Below, piece after piece: positions 11,727-25,053 of a stretch of 64,000 nt of DNA. A program made the translations under genes and the position numbers. This stretch comes from Octopus sinensis. Its lineage: Eukaryota. Under the pieces are notes generated by a model. It did no database searches, was not told the origin of the DNA, and saw only the letters and a program-made list of their open reading frames with translations. The stretch's first letter is position 1; each line of letters opens with the position of its first letter. The stretch lies in NCBI RefSeq assembly GCF_006345805.1, contig NC_043002.1:45880001-45944000 (forward strand). The letters are read 5' to 3'.

Positions 11727-13330
11727 CATCATCATCATCATCATCGTTTAACGTCCGCTTTCCATGCTAGCATGGGTTGGACGGTTCAACTGGGGTCTGG
11801 GAAGCCCGAAGGCTGCACCAGGCCAGTCAGATGTGGCAGTGTTTCTACAGCTGGATGCCCTTCCTAACGCCAACCACTCCGAGAGTGTAGTGGGTGATTT
11901 TATGTGCCACCGACACAGGTGCCAGACGAGGCTGGCAGACGGCCACGCTCGGATGGTGTTTTTTATGTGCCACCGACACAGGTGCCAGACGAGGCTGGCA
12001 GACGGCCACGCTCGGATGGTGTTTTTTATGTGCCACCGACACAGGTGCCAGACGAGGCTGGCAGACGGCCACGCTCGGATGGTGTTTTTTATGTGCCACC
12101 GACACAGGTGCCAGACGAGGCTGGCAGACGGCCACGCTCGGATGGTGTTTTCTTATGTGTCACCGACACAGGTGCTAGACGAGGCTGGCGGACGGCCACG
12201 CTCGGATGGTGTTTGTTACGTGCCCTCAGCACGGAGGCCAGTCATTGCGGTACTGGCTACGGTCACGTTCGGATGGTTTTCTTATGTGCCACCGGCACTG
12301 GTACCACAAGGATACAAATTCCATTGATGTTCATCTATTTTGATTTGGTTCGATTTGATTTGATACGATTCGATTCTATTCTCACTTGCCTCAACAGGTC
12401 TTCACAAGTGTCACAAGAAGGAAGGTATGCACAGGTGGACTGACTACGTCCCAGGTAGGGGCCACGGATTATGGCTTCACTAGTCTTGCCGGGTCTTCTC
12501 ACGCACAGCATACTTCCATAGGTCTCGGTCTCTAGTCATTTCCATGGTGAGACCTAACGTCCGAAGGTCGTGCTTCACCACCTCGTCCCAGGTTTTCCTG
12601 GGTCTACCTCTTCCACGGGTTCCCTCAACTGCTAGGGATTGGCACTTTCTCACACACCTCTCTTCATCCATTCTCGCCACATGACCATACCAGCGCAATC
12701 GTCTCTCTTGCACACAACAACTGATGCTTCTTAGGTACAACATTTCTCTCAAGGTACTAACGCTCTGTCGAGTAAGTACACTGACATTACACATCCATCG
12801 GAGCATACTGGCTTCGTTCCTCACGAGCTTACGCATGTCCTCAGCAGTCACGGCCCATGTTTCACTGCCATGTAGCATAGCTGTTCGTACACATGCATCA
12901 TACAGTCTGCCTTTTACTCTGAGCGAGAGGCCTTTAGTCACCAGCAGAGGTAAGAGCTCCCTAAACTTTGCCCAGGCTATTCTTATTCTAGCAGTTACAC
13001 TTTCAGCGCACCCACCCCCACTACTGACTTGGTCACCTAGATAGCGGAAACTATCAACTACTTCTAGTTTTTCCCCCCGGAAAGTGACAGAAGTTGTTTT
13101 CTGCAGATTTTCGGAGGTCAGTGCTCCAGAGCACCTGCCACATACAAAAACTATCTTCCCAGTTAGCCTACCTTTGACATTGCTGCACCTCTTATGTGTC
13201 CATAGCTTACACTGGGTACATCTTATAGAGTTTCTACCTACACCTTTTCTACAGATCGAGCAGGGCCATCTTCCTGATGATATTTGTGGGTTTTCTACCT
13301 TTCTACTTATTAGTACTTTGGTTTTAGCTA
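11727..13330 (-). mobile_element. Young 5'-truncated RTE LINE
   Basis: Open RT C-terminus (ORF 12480-12941: LYDACVRTAMLHGSETW...RRLRWYGHV...GRGRPRKTW), then 3' UTR and (GAT)n tail at 11727-11745. Confidence 0.93.
11901..12300. repeat. 63-bp tandem repeat within the RTE 3' UTR
   Basis: Units start at 11901, 11964, 12027 and 12090 (identical), 12154 (near-identical), then two diverged units. Confidence 0.95.
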
Positions 13331-13360
13331 GGTTGATAATAATAAATATTTATTTTATTT

Positions 13361-13652
13361 ATGCACCTTTTTCAAGCCTAGCCAGGCTCATGGGCCCGGT
13401 TTCCATGGTGTATGTGTTCCCCCCAGCTGGACGGGACATCAGTCCATCGCAGCATTACTCAAGAAACAGGAAGAAAGAGTGAGAGAAAGTTGGGGCAAAA
13501 GAGTAAAAGAGTACAACAGGGGTCGCCACTACCCCCTGCCAGAGCCTCATGGAGCTTTAGGTGTTTTGCTCAATAAACACACACAACGCCCAGTCTGGGA
13601 ATCGAAACCAACCGTGAGTCCACTGCCCTAACCACTGGGCCATTGCGCCTCC
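13361..13652 (-). mobile_element. tRNA-derived SINE with V-domain-like core (family 3)
   Basis: Head GGAGGCGCAATGGCCCAGTGGTTAGG (A box) ... GGTTTCGATTCC (B box); core GCGATGGACTGATGTCCCGTCCAG resembles the V-SINE domain; second copy at 54790-55020. Confidence 0.75.
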
Positions 13653-13899
13653 ACAATAATAAATATAATAATATTAAAAAAATAATGTTAATAATAAGAA
13701 CAAAATTTGGTTAATTATTCCCTATGGGGCTCAAGTTAAAATAAACATTATTAGAGAGATATTTAAACTAAATGAAGTATTCATTATAAATAATAAAAAA
13801 TATAATAACATTTTTTCTAGTAATAATTTTGGAGTTGGTTATTCTACTACTAATAATGTTGGTATCATTATTTCTTTAAGCAGAATAAGTTTTACCTTA

Positions 13900-14853
13900 A
13901 TAAATTAAATAATTATTCCAATAATAGACCAGAATATGTGAAGAAGCAAATGAATCCAAATCCCTGCAGGAGTGCAGGTAAAACTGCAAAAGCTCTTGAT
14001 ACTTCAAAATCATTAATGCACAGGATTTTAAAAGAGGATTTAAAGCTAATTGTATACAAGAATCAATTCCAGCAGCTTCCAACAAGAAACAACTCAATGG
14101 GGGTAAAACCATGTTAGCTGAGATGAAGTACGCTGCTAACAAAGTGTTGATATGGTCCGATGAGAAGATCTTCACCATGGAGGCAGTTACCAACAGGCAG
14201 AATGACAGACTTTATGCATATAATGCAGGGGACTTGTCCGAAGGTAACAGGAGTCCTTTACATTGCCAGAAGCCAACTTCACTCATGGCGTGGGCCACAG
14301 TTGCATCTGATGGGTTCAAGCTTCCCTTAATTTCATCAATATTGGCTTCAAGGTCAGCAGTGAAGTTTATGTGGAAACAGTGGATGAGAAAGTGTTACCC
14401 AGGGTCACAGAAATCTTTGGTGACCATTACATCTTCACCCAAGATGGGGCTCTAGCCCACACATCCAAATTGACACAGAGGTGGTACAAAGAGAATTTCA
14501 GTGGGTTTTGGGACAAGATGATATGGCCTTCTCAAGTCCAGACATCAATCTCATGGACTTTGCTATCTGGTCCATCTTAGAAAGTAATGTTTCTGGTTGC
14601 TCCTATTCAAATGTGTCAAACCTGAAGAAAGCCTTTCTGTCATCATGGGTCAAGCTGGATGAAGAGGTGGTACAGCACTCATGCAACTCAGTGCCCACTT
14701 GTTTTCAGGCTATGATCAAAGCAAAAGGTGGTAATTTTGAAATGTAAGTACTGCAATGGATTGGCAATTTACATTAGAATGTGTGTGTCAAATTTTAAGT
14801 TTATTTTGAATCATTAAGAAATATCAATGGGTAAATGTTTCTGGGACACCCTG
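13900..14853 (+). mobile_element. Tc1/mariner-superfamily transposon remnant, probably DD37D (maT-type)
   Basis: IWSDEKIFT...NRQNDR; FTQDGALAH; SPDINLMDFAIWSILE (third catalytic residue D); right TIR ...GGGACACCCTG ending at 14853. Confidence 0.8.
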
Positions 14854-14869
14854 TGTAGATATATATATA

Positions 14870-15320
14870 TATGACCTTCAGCGGTGCTAGTGTTGGTATA
14901 TTCGTGAATAAGTCACTAACCGAAATAAGTGGATCTTTGTACTGGATAAATTGTGAAAATAATTCAAATAGTTGAAATACTAAGAAATAAGCATTACTCA
15001 ATTTGATTTATACAAAATAATTTACGAACATGAATGGGTTATTTCTCTTGGTTGTATATAAGGATCCCTTTCGGGAGCGAAAGAGTTAATTCCCTTGGAT
15101 GTTTAAAAATAATAATTAGTTATATGTATAGTATATATAAAAATCCCTTCCAGGGGCCCTGTTATCGATTTTTTCAACAATCTAAGTATGTCACTAGTTT
15201 TCCAGACATGAGTTCTACTCATGTGTCAAGTTTCATCAAAATCGATATAACGATGTAGGAGGAGTTAAATAACAACGCCACAAACAAACATATCCACAGA
15301 TTTCTACATATGTAGTAGAT
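14870..15320 (+). mobile_element. Possible Helitron/DINE-like non-autonomous element
   Basis: Ends TGTCAAGTTTCATCAAAATCGAT...ACAAACAAACATATCCACAGATTTCTACATATGTAGTAGAT, resembling the 3' ends of DINE-1-like elements. Recognition is from memory of the motif only. Confidence 0.4.
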
Positions 15321-18300
15321 ACATATATGTGAGTGTGTTTGTGTGTGTGATAGGCTTCTTTGAGCTTTCATCTATTAAATTCATTCACAATGATTTGGTT
15401 AGCCCAAGGTTATAGTAGAAAATACTTGCCACACAGTGAGACCAAACCTGAAACCATGTGGTTGGGAAGCAAACACACAGTCATGCCTGTACCTAGAGGG
15501 ATATATATCTTTATAATACTAAGACCAGTGAGATCCTCTTTTAAGTGGGAGCCAGAGTGTAGAAAGCAAGAAAGACCTGTCAAGACTTGATTGAGGACCT
15601 AACAGATATGAGCTTGGCACATGACAGGACAATTGTGCTGGAAGTGATCTTTCATTGCACAATGGTCAATGGGGAGTGATAGAAACTAAAAGAATACTGA
15701 AATTGAGTATGTTTGTTTGTTCCATGATTTTAATGAAATACAGTATATTATAGCAGCAGACTGTTTCAACCAATGTAGTCTTAACAGACTATTTTGCTTT
15801 AAATAATTTTCAGTTCATTTCTGGACCCCAGAACCATGAAAGCACCTCCAAAATTGCTCATTATGAGATTAAGGCAGAAAAGTAATTTTCAACCATTTCT
15901 GAAATGTCAACACACATATACACACACACACCAACAAATACATAGTCATATACATGGCACTCATTTATGACAATCATACACACAAAATGGCGTCTTTCAG
16001 TTTTTGTTTGATAAATCCACTTGCAAATCTTTGGTTAGCCCAGGGTTATAATAGAAGACTGGCCATGGTAGAACTGAACCTAAAACTGTGTGCTTGGGAG
16101 CCAAACTTCTTAACCACACAACCATGTCTGTGCTTATAAGAGAACAATAAACTGAAGATGGTAAAAAAATCCAAGAGTGTAAGTTAAAGAACATAGAAAG
16201 ACTGATCATGTTGGAAAGTAGACTGCATTTACAAAGTGGAGTGGCAGGAAATAGCCAATGGATGAAGGAATGATGGTTTTTTTTAGAGGAGAACTATGAC
16301 AAAGGGATGGAAGCAGCTGAAGAATGTATACATGAGTGCATGGATGGGTCTAGAGTACATAGTGGTCAAGCAGTCCAGCAATGAGTGGAAGCGGGAGAGA
16401 GAGAAGTGAGTTTGGCCTAAGAGGAAATATGTGGAGGAATTCCAACCACATCTCATGGTTCACTACCTCAACAGCTCCTTTATAGGATCCAGTGCCTAAT
16501 GACAGCATCAGGAGGAACCACATCCGGTTTCGGCTCCTATTCCTCTACCATTTTTGACGTAGCAGAGCCCTACCACTTTCAGAGGTGTCTTCAGCTCTCG
16601 TGTCAAGTGCATTTTTTTTCATTTTTCTTTGGCCTTTTGTTCTTTGGTTTCTTCGATGTAGTGTCAACGAATGTCAGCAGGCGAATGTATGCAAAATACC
16701 AGTGTGTATGTGTATAAGTGACAAAATGGTCAATTAAAGGAGACACATGAGTGTGTGTGTGTACAAATGAAAGGTGTGTGCCAGTCTGTATGTGAGGACT
16801 GGAGTAAAAGTTACATTATTTACGAGGTCAAGTTTCTCACTATTAGTTTCAAGGTCACAACTTAAACACTTAGAAGAGCCATTGTTGAAGAATCTAAAGA
16901 GACACACAACTCGGCATGTCTTGGTCTGCCTAGCTGTAAAAAAGGGTCACTGACTGACTGGTTAGTAGATAGAAAGATGTACACCTAAGAACAACATTCA
17001 AATTTACATTCTTATGTTTGCCAACATAGGAATGAAAATGAAATGCAGTACACAGAAAATAGTATAACAATGTTGTTCAGCCTTGGGTCTACTCTGAGAA
17101 AACTTAGAATCAAAGTTATTCTACCCTTGACCATAATATATTTTAGTATATTGGCAGCAAAATTGTTCAATCTTTTAAAATATTTTTAAGATAGTAAGGT
17201 GTAATTTGAAGAAGATTTGGTTGCTATTTCTTGAAGGTTGAGCAAATACAAATACAAATATTGGCTTGTGTGAGCAATGTATATATTAAGAGCAATCAAT
17301 GATACTGTTCAAATACATTCCAGCAATAAAGACTTCTCCATGTACAGAGTCAATATGTATGTGTGTCTTAGAAAGTATAGTTTTGTTTTTTTAATTAAAT
17401 CTGGCTATTAGTCATAACTTCTTATGACAAGCTATACATAAGATACGGCAAACATAATTTTGCTACCAAAAAAGAAAAAAAAAAAGAAAAGAAAATCAGA
17501 GCCCAGTGGCTTGATACGAAGCTAAATTACTGAAGGGCAAAATGAGCAAATATAAAAGGCTACACTCAGCAGGGCAAACTTAATTCTGGTTTATAAAACA
17601 AATAGAAGGCTGTTAAGACCAGATTGGTCTGATAAGATCATTTTCATCACTGTGTATTTTACTATCAGAGCCCATCACATGTAAACCAGAATTTTATGTT
17701 CTTTAGGAAGACATAACCTACCTTGTTCCTATTTATATAAATAATAAAATTACATCTCGCTATTTCTTCATAATTGAGCAGTTAGACATGTGGATTACCT
17801 CCCAGGTCTATATATCCATGGTTCATTATCAATTAGCATCCATTTTCCATGCTGGCATGGGTTGGACAATTTCACAGGATCCAGCAAGCTACAGGACTGC
17901 ACTGAGCTCCAGTATCAGCTTTGGCATGGTTTCTACAGCTGAATGCCCTTCCTAACTCCAACCACTTTACAATGTTGTACATTAGGATCATGTCAAACCA
18001 CCACGTTCATGTGAGCATGGAAAAGAAACATTAAATGATGATGATGATGAAGTCTTGGTTGTGCTGGTGAGTTTGTTTACAATATAGGATCCGTTAAAGA
18101 GCTTCAAGTACAGATTGAACATTGGAAGGCAAACTACAATACTAGTCCAGAAACATGTGTGGAATAATCTTGTTCAATATGCAGAAAAGGAGTAGGCCAT
18201 AACTAAATATATGCTCAATAGGAACCAAGCAATAGGAACAAAAATGGTGCAGAGGATTTCACCAGTCATAATGGACAAGAAGCTAGAGCTTCAGATGTGT

Positions 18301-21300
18301 AAGATGCACTGGATTAACAAAGAGAACTGATTTGTCTAAAACTATTACAACTATACTTAACTGGAAAAATTGATGTCAATGGTGTAATGATGGTGGTGTG
18401 TCTAAGTTGCAAACTAATCCAGTGGAACTAAAGTTATTTGTCTCTGGCTCAGAATTCTACTTTGTGTTGTCTCAACATATTTATAACTTATGTCATATCA
18501 CAACCTGGAACAAATCCAGACTGAATCTTCTCAAATTTCATCCTGTACTATCTTCATTGTAAACTCTTTCTCTTAAACTTCATAAATAATTGCATTAACT
18601 TGAAACTACTGCAAAAAGAATTATTTCTGTTTGTTTTTAATACCCTTGTAGAAAGCAAATATTTCTAAATCCTTGGTCTTAGTGGTGCAATGAAACTACC
18701 TGTTCAAGAGATACTAAACAGATATAATACTATGACCTGCCTTCTTATGTAAATACGGAGAGAATGATTTAAAAAAACTCTAGATTCCATGCACTCATCC
18801 AGTGTTTTTGGAATATAGGGTTACATCAAACAACTTATTACATAAAAGTATACAAGATAGATTTAGCTGTCAGCTGATCCAATTGAGCCAAATGCTTCAC
18901 TAAGTTCTTTTACTAAGATTGGACAGGAAAATGTGTTTTGCATTGTGATTATGGTAGAATCAGTGGTGTGAACATAGACAAAAGATGAGATCAGGTAGTT
19001 TAGTTTTTTCAAGTATCCATTGGAGAGGAAAGTGATAATGACAATTTGATGTGAGAATATAATTCATCTATTCAGTCTTGTCTTAACGGGGGGGCATTTA
19101 AAATGTTGACAGTTCTAATTGACCCTCAGTACTTTTTCACACATTTATATATAAATACACAAACATACATTTGGTCAACACACACACAGAGTGAACTCTT
19201 TCTCACCCAATACTCAAATTGAAACTCTCAAGCAACCAGCACCCAAGAAATAAATTTTTTCAACATGTTAATCAGAATCAAGAGAACTTGTACTTATTTG
19301 TGTTAATCATTCTACTGTAATGAAAATGGATCAGTACAGTAGTACAGTAGTCAATTTTACTGCATTTGCAGCACCTGTATTTTATTTGGTGAATAAAACT
19401 TCGTATTTCATTCATTTCTACTATATTTAGAATATTAACGATAATACTGGTGTATATATAAAGTTTTAATGAGTTTTATAAGGTACTATGGTAATTTAAA
19501 AAGTGAAGATTACACATACAGTAATGCCAGACAGTGTGTGTGTACACTGACGGTCAGATGAACTCAGTCAGTTCTCATAGCATGTAGGGACTCAACCTAT
19601 TTCAGATTTTTAGGCAATTCTGTATTGTATTTGATAATTTTGTATTGTCTTGTAATGGAGTAATTAATGATTCTTTGTGGCAATCAAATCATTTTGGCTG
19701 ACATGATAAGCATTTGACATCGTTTTACCTCTCTACATCCCGAGTTCAAATCATACATCATTGACTTTGCCTTTCATCCCTCTGGTGTTATTGATAAGTA
19801 CCATTCATGTAAAAATCGACTCTCCATTTCCTATAAATTTAAGTCAGTTGACTTTACCTTTCATCTTATCAAGATCGATAAAACATAAGTCAAATATTAG
19901 GGTCGTTATAATCAACTACATCCTTCAAATGTGAGGCGAATATTACAATTCGTTATCTTTGAGGAAGTGATATTAGTGCAGACAATAGAAAAATTAAAGG
20001 TTATTATTCAAACAGCAATTTTTTTTTAAATTTTGCTTTTCGAGACAAGAACTATTGTATATTGGAACCATTCAATTACCTACTTATTTTCTATTATTGT
20101 TAATAAAGCAAATGCAGAAACAATAATAGTAGCTTTTTTGTTTTTTTTTTTAAAGTATCAAATAAATGAGTTATTGTTTATTAAAGAAAACACAGAGTAA
20201 CAGTTATCTCTTAAATAGGACAGTTTTTTATATACAACTGGAAAACATGTTTACGATGTAATAACTAGATTAACGGTTTAAAGGTTAAACACATGCAACG
20301 TCAAAATGTTTCATTGATAATTTTTTTAAAAAAAGAATAGGTTGGGGGAACAAGTTAATGAAAAACAAGTTCCAATTGATTTTAGCAACAAATGTAAGGG
20401 AAACTAGGCAAAGAATTCCAGAAAAGATGACATATAGCAGAATAGCACATTCTTATACAATCGAACACCTGCACCCACGCATATTACACACACACATACA
20501 CAATATTCTACAGTTAAACGCCTGGTCCGGAGCGTAAGTGATTTCTTCTCATGACATACAACAGCTCACCCTTCTTTACTTTATATGAAACTGACTCATG
20601 CCAATGCAAACCACCAATAATCTCTCCAAATTCTAGCGACTATCTTTTGCTATGCGTGCTACTTTTTTTTTTTTTTGTATTTTTTTACTCTGCTTCTGAA
20701 TATCAACCGCAATACATAATAGACTTATATTAGACGTCCCCAAGAAAGAAAAAAAACAACTTTGAAAGGACATTTTATATTTAAAATGTGTACTTATAGT
20801 CATACAAATAAATATAAGATAATTCAAAAATCAATATTGTATTGAGAATTCTAAATTGGGAAATTGATTTTCGCAAAAGAAAAAAAGAAAATGAAAATTA
20901 TGTTGCAAGACTATTTAGATTTTATCTCAAATAGTCTACAAAATGTGACATGAAAGAGTGAGTGAGAAAAAGAGAGAGAGAGGGATGGAGAGAGAGAGTA
21001 TCAACACGGAAATTGAATGAATGAATTTTTTGATTGCATTTTAACACGTAGATTTATTAAATCGAAAATAAATAGCATTCAGGTATCCAAGAAACGAGAG
21101 CACAATTTCAGTTCCATAGAAACTTACTCAACGAATAAATTGAATTGAGCGCAAAGGTGGACTTTGTGAACTTCGAACAGATTCTAAAGTAAATCAAAAG
21201 AAGGAAGTTGCTTTTATGAAGATAATGTCCTAAAGACTTACTCCGTATTACAATGTTAACGCCGAGGATTCGGGAAGAACATACGTCAGAATAAAAATGA

Positions 21301-22612
21301 AATAAAATAACTGAAAGAACCAATGGAGGAAGCTCGTTATCGTGTAATAATAACATAAGTCCATGACAAACATTAGGCTTTTCTAAAGGAATGCGACAAA
21401 AAAATGACTTTAAATCATTGAGTGCATCCATAAGTGTGTGTGCATCCAGTGAGTGATCCTTAAAGTGGTAATGACATTGGTTATTGGAATTGACGTAATA
21501 CAAATCAGTGCAGAAGATTACGATCGACCATCACCCATCAACTACGTAATGTTGTTAATAAACAGAAGGCCAGCTATAGAAATATCGCATAGGCAAGTGC
21601 TAGTGTCATTAAACAGCTTCGTGAAATATCAGAGATAAGGTAGGGGAGGGGCACAACAAGTGAAATATATCACTAATGCATGATGTACAACAACATATCA
21701 GTTGACAACTACAATCAGCGGGCACTTTAGTTGTTGATGAAATTTACAGCGAGGCATTATATTTTTTTGATATCCTTTCCTTTATCGCCCTTTTTAGTCT
21801 CTAACGTTTTTAATTAGAGACATCAGATCAGAATCTGATTAGTTGAATTGTGAAATTGATAGTAAAATAGATTACACAGATAATCTAGACATAGATTTTA
21901 GTGTACGATAGCTGAAATGTAGGATTACTCCAGGAATAGATGGATGCATTACATGCACACATATACATACCAATACATAAGCGAATGACCAGCTATGGCT
22001 TCGGTTTGAAGAAATAGCACATACATTAAAGTCGTTTGTGCACATAATGTTTAATTTACAATATGTACATACTTATCAATTGCTATATAATTAATCTTTC
22101 ACAATCAACAGGAGATTCGACTTAGTTTGTAAAAATATTTTTAACATCCACCACCATACATCAAACCAGTCATTCATATACACGTACATGACTAGATAAC
22201 TATATCTACAAATATTACATATAGCTATTATAATACAACTGAACCAAACTAAGTGTGAGAACATGTCGAAGTCTATACTTTGATTTATATGTAATATTGA
22301 TTTGCAACTCAAAAATATTTGCTCCAACTGGTTGTTCAGAGTCAATCTATGAAGCCTACTGCATGTATTACATATATATATTCATGTATACATAGCTGTT
22401 GTGTATCGTAATTATATCCTTAACAAGTTTATCATAGACATGAAGTAAATTTAAAGAAGGTAGAGTGGAAAAAGATATACTGTAGAGAAAACGAAAGGAA
22501 ATCGACTTACGGGATTGGTGTAGTAAACTACCGAGCTTACGCCAGCATCCTCGATTGCAACCAAGGGGTGTAACTGTGATAGAGCTTTATTTTATTTTAC
22601 CTTTTTTCAGTC

Positions 22613-23360
22613 GAAGAGTTCGCCTACAACATTCAACAGTTGCGTCTTCACTTTGACTTTTCTTGTTCTTAATTTAAAAAAAAAAACCCCAACAAACAAA
22701 CCGAAAGCGTTGTAATTTAGCACAATATCTACCCTGATTAATCAAAGGTGTTCTAACTATAACCACCCGTCTTTTTTCGTCCCAGATTTAGTATATCTAG
22801 GACTACGTTATCCAATGTATCCTACCTTAAGATGGTAGGGTGTATGATTATGATATATGGGAACTTTGCTACTTCTAGAATGTTAGGCGACTGTTTAGAG
22901 ACTTCTATTTTTGGTTTACAAGCCTCCCAAAAGTGTGTTGCTGACCTTTGTCATTTCTTTGTTTTGAAGAAATACAATACTTGTGTTGTTTGGATGTTGA
23001 AGAGTTTACCTATAACATTCAACAGTTGCGTCTTCACTTCGATTTTTTCTTGTTCTTAATTTTTTTTTACTTTTAAAGTGTTTAGCTCCAGTCCTACTCT
23101 GATTAATCAAATGCATTCTAACCGTGACCATCCATCTTCCACCACTCCACGCCAAATTTAGTATACCTAGTACTATGTTATCCAGTCTATCCTAGCTTCT
23201 AGATGGTAAGGTGTGATATGTGGAAGATTTGTCTGCTATTTCTAAGTACAAGTTAAGCGACTACTTAGTGACTTTTGTCTCTAGTTCGGGCCTTCCAAAA
23301 ACGTGTTTGCTGACATTTGTGATGTCCCTATATTCAAGAAATACTTGTGTTTGGATTTTT
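22613..23360. repeat. Diverged tandem duplication, period ~386 bp
   Basis: GAAGAGTT...ACAACATTCAACAGTTGCGTCTTCACTT at 22613 and 22999, with colinear similarity through GATTAATCAAA...GATGGTA.GGTGT...GAAATAC. Confidence 0.85.
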
Positions 23361-24329
23361 TTTTTACCAGGGCACATCTCCAAGCATGTGTTGGTTTCTT
23401 TACCAATAGTTTTTTTGGGGGGGTTTTGTGTGTGAGGGTTTAGCAGTTACAAGGTATTTTCTGTTGATTATAATACTAACACAACATAAATAATAAAATA
23501 ACGTCAGCATATATAATATTGATAATTTGAAATGTGTGTGTAGGTATGTATGGTAAGAGCGATTTGTTGAACTATGTGAATAATTTACGAATTATTTGTT
23601 CAAGTGATTATAAAATAAAAGCTTTCATATCGTTTATATACGCATATTTATCATATTCTCCTGTCATACTCACGTGCCTACACTCACATGTTCAACCCCC
23701 CCCCCCCTCCATCAGACGTTTGAAAAGATAGGTCAGTCAGTACCTGTTGAGGTTTCCCGATCAGATCAGAATGACAGTGATTCAGATGGATATAGTTAAT
23801 GTCAGGATTAATACTTGTAGCTTGTGAGTTAGGAGAATACGTTGGGATGAATTCAAAGGTATCCAGCATTGACCATCATGTACTTTTTTCCTAGACATAT
23901 AAAGAACTACATTATCCAATGTATGTTGTCTTATTTAGGATGGCAGGACGTGTAATTTGAGAATTTGCTTGATATTTGTAGCAGGTTGAGCGCTTACTCA
24001 GAAGATTCTTGTTGGTTCAGGCCAAAAACATGTTTTATGTGCTTTGAGGTTTAAAAAAAATAGCTGGGTGATAAAAGTAGATATAAGAGTAATGTTGTGA
24101 TTTTGTGCTCATTTAATAATTCATGGATCACTTAACATGTAAGTACTCTCACAAGTTGGATTTTGAGACGTAGCATTATTCATTGAATAAAGTCTTTGGT
24201 GTACAGCAATTTTTTCATTACTTCTTACAATAGTTTATTGAGGATGTCATAAGCATTTAGAAACTTCAGGAGAATGAAATTTTTTTTTCTTTGTGACAGT
24301 GAATCTTGAAGTAAATAAAGCTATAAATA

Positions 24330-24680
24330 ATCCCTTCTGCTTTATGCACAAAGCCTGAAATCTAGGGGGAGAGGTGTAGTTGATTACATCAACCCCAGTG
24401 CTCAACTGCTGCTTATTTCATCAACCTTGAAAAGATGAGAGGCAAAGTTGGCTTTGACAGCATTTGAATTCAGTGACAGATGAAATGTCACTAAGCATAA
24501 TCCCTTCTACTATAGGCACAAAGCCTGAAATCTGTAGAGAGAGGTGCAGTTGATTACATCAACCCCAGTGCTCAACTTGTGCTTATTTCATTAACCTTGA
24601 AAGGATGAAAGATAAAATTAGCTTTGGCAGCATTTGAACTCAAAATGTAAAGACAGATGAAATGCCACTAAGCATTATGA
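24330..24680 (-). mobile_element. Two tandem copies of SINE family 2
   Basis: AATCCCTTCT...CACAAAGCCTGAAATCT...TGATTACATCAACCCCAGTGCTCAACT occurs twice, about 168 bp apart; reverse complement of the family seen at 49370-49599. Confidence 0.8.
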
Positions 24681-24923
24681 CAGCTCAGCATGTACATATT
24701 GGGTTTAAATAATTCTTTGGTACCAAAACAGATTTGTAATATTTCAGTCAAACCTGGACAGAGTTCTATATTCCAAAAGATCCAGTACATATCCTTCCCA
24801 GTTGGCATCAGTTTTCAAAATTCAAACACTTAAACATTTGAAAATTTTCTAGTCAGTATGTCTCAAGGTGCTACTTTAGCATGTAGTTACCTGGACATTT
24901 ACATTTTAGTGTGCAGTACAAGT

Positions 24924-25021
24924 CTAACCCTAAACCCTAACTCTAAACCTAATCCTACTTCTAACTCTAAGTTCTTACTTACCCTAACCCTAACTCTAAT
25001 CCTGATTCTAAACCTAACCCT
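24924..25021. repeat. Degenerate interstitial (CCCTAA)n telomere-like tract
   Basis: CTAACCCTAAACCCTAACTCTAAACCTAATCC...ACCCTAACCCTAACTCTAATCC...CTAACCCT. Confidence 0.75.
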
Positions 25022-25053
25022 GATCATAACCAAGATCAGGCCATTTCACTGTA

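Noticed and set aside
11901-12300. CRISPR-like array
   Set aside because: The units are contiguous with no unique spacers, lie in a LINE 3' UTR of a eukaryote, and have no cas genes nearby.
13585-13652. tRNA gene
   Set aside because: The A and B boxes are present, but there is no complete cloverleaf and it is followed by a SINE body. The same holds for the other tRNA-like heads.
16270-16780. GC-richer segment with coding-like stretches on the minus strand
   Set aside because: All frames contain stops and I could not assign a family; probably a decayed repeat.
21108-21503. 131-aa minus-strand ORF
   Set aside because: It has a non-ATG start, no recognisable motif, and a composition typical of AT-rich non-coding DNA.
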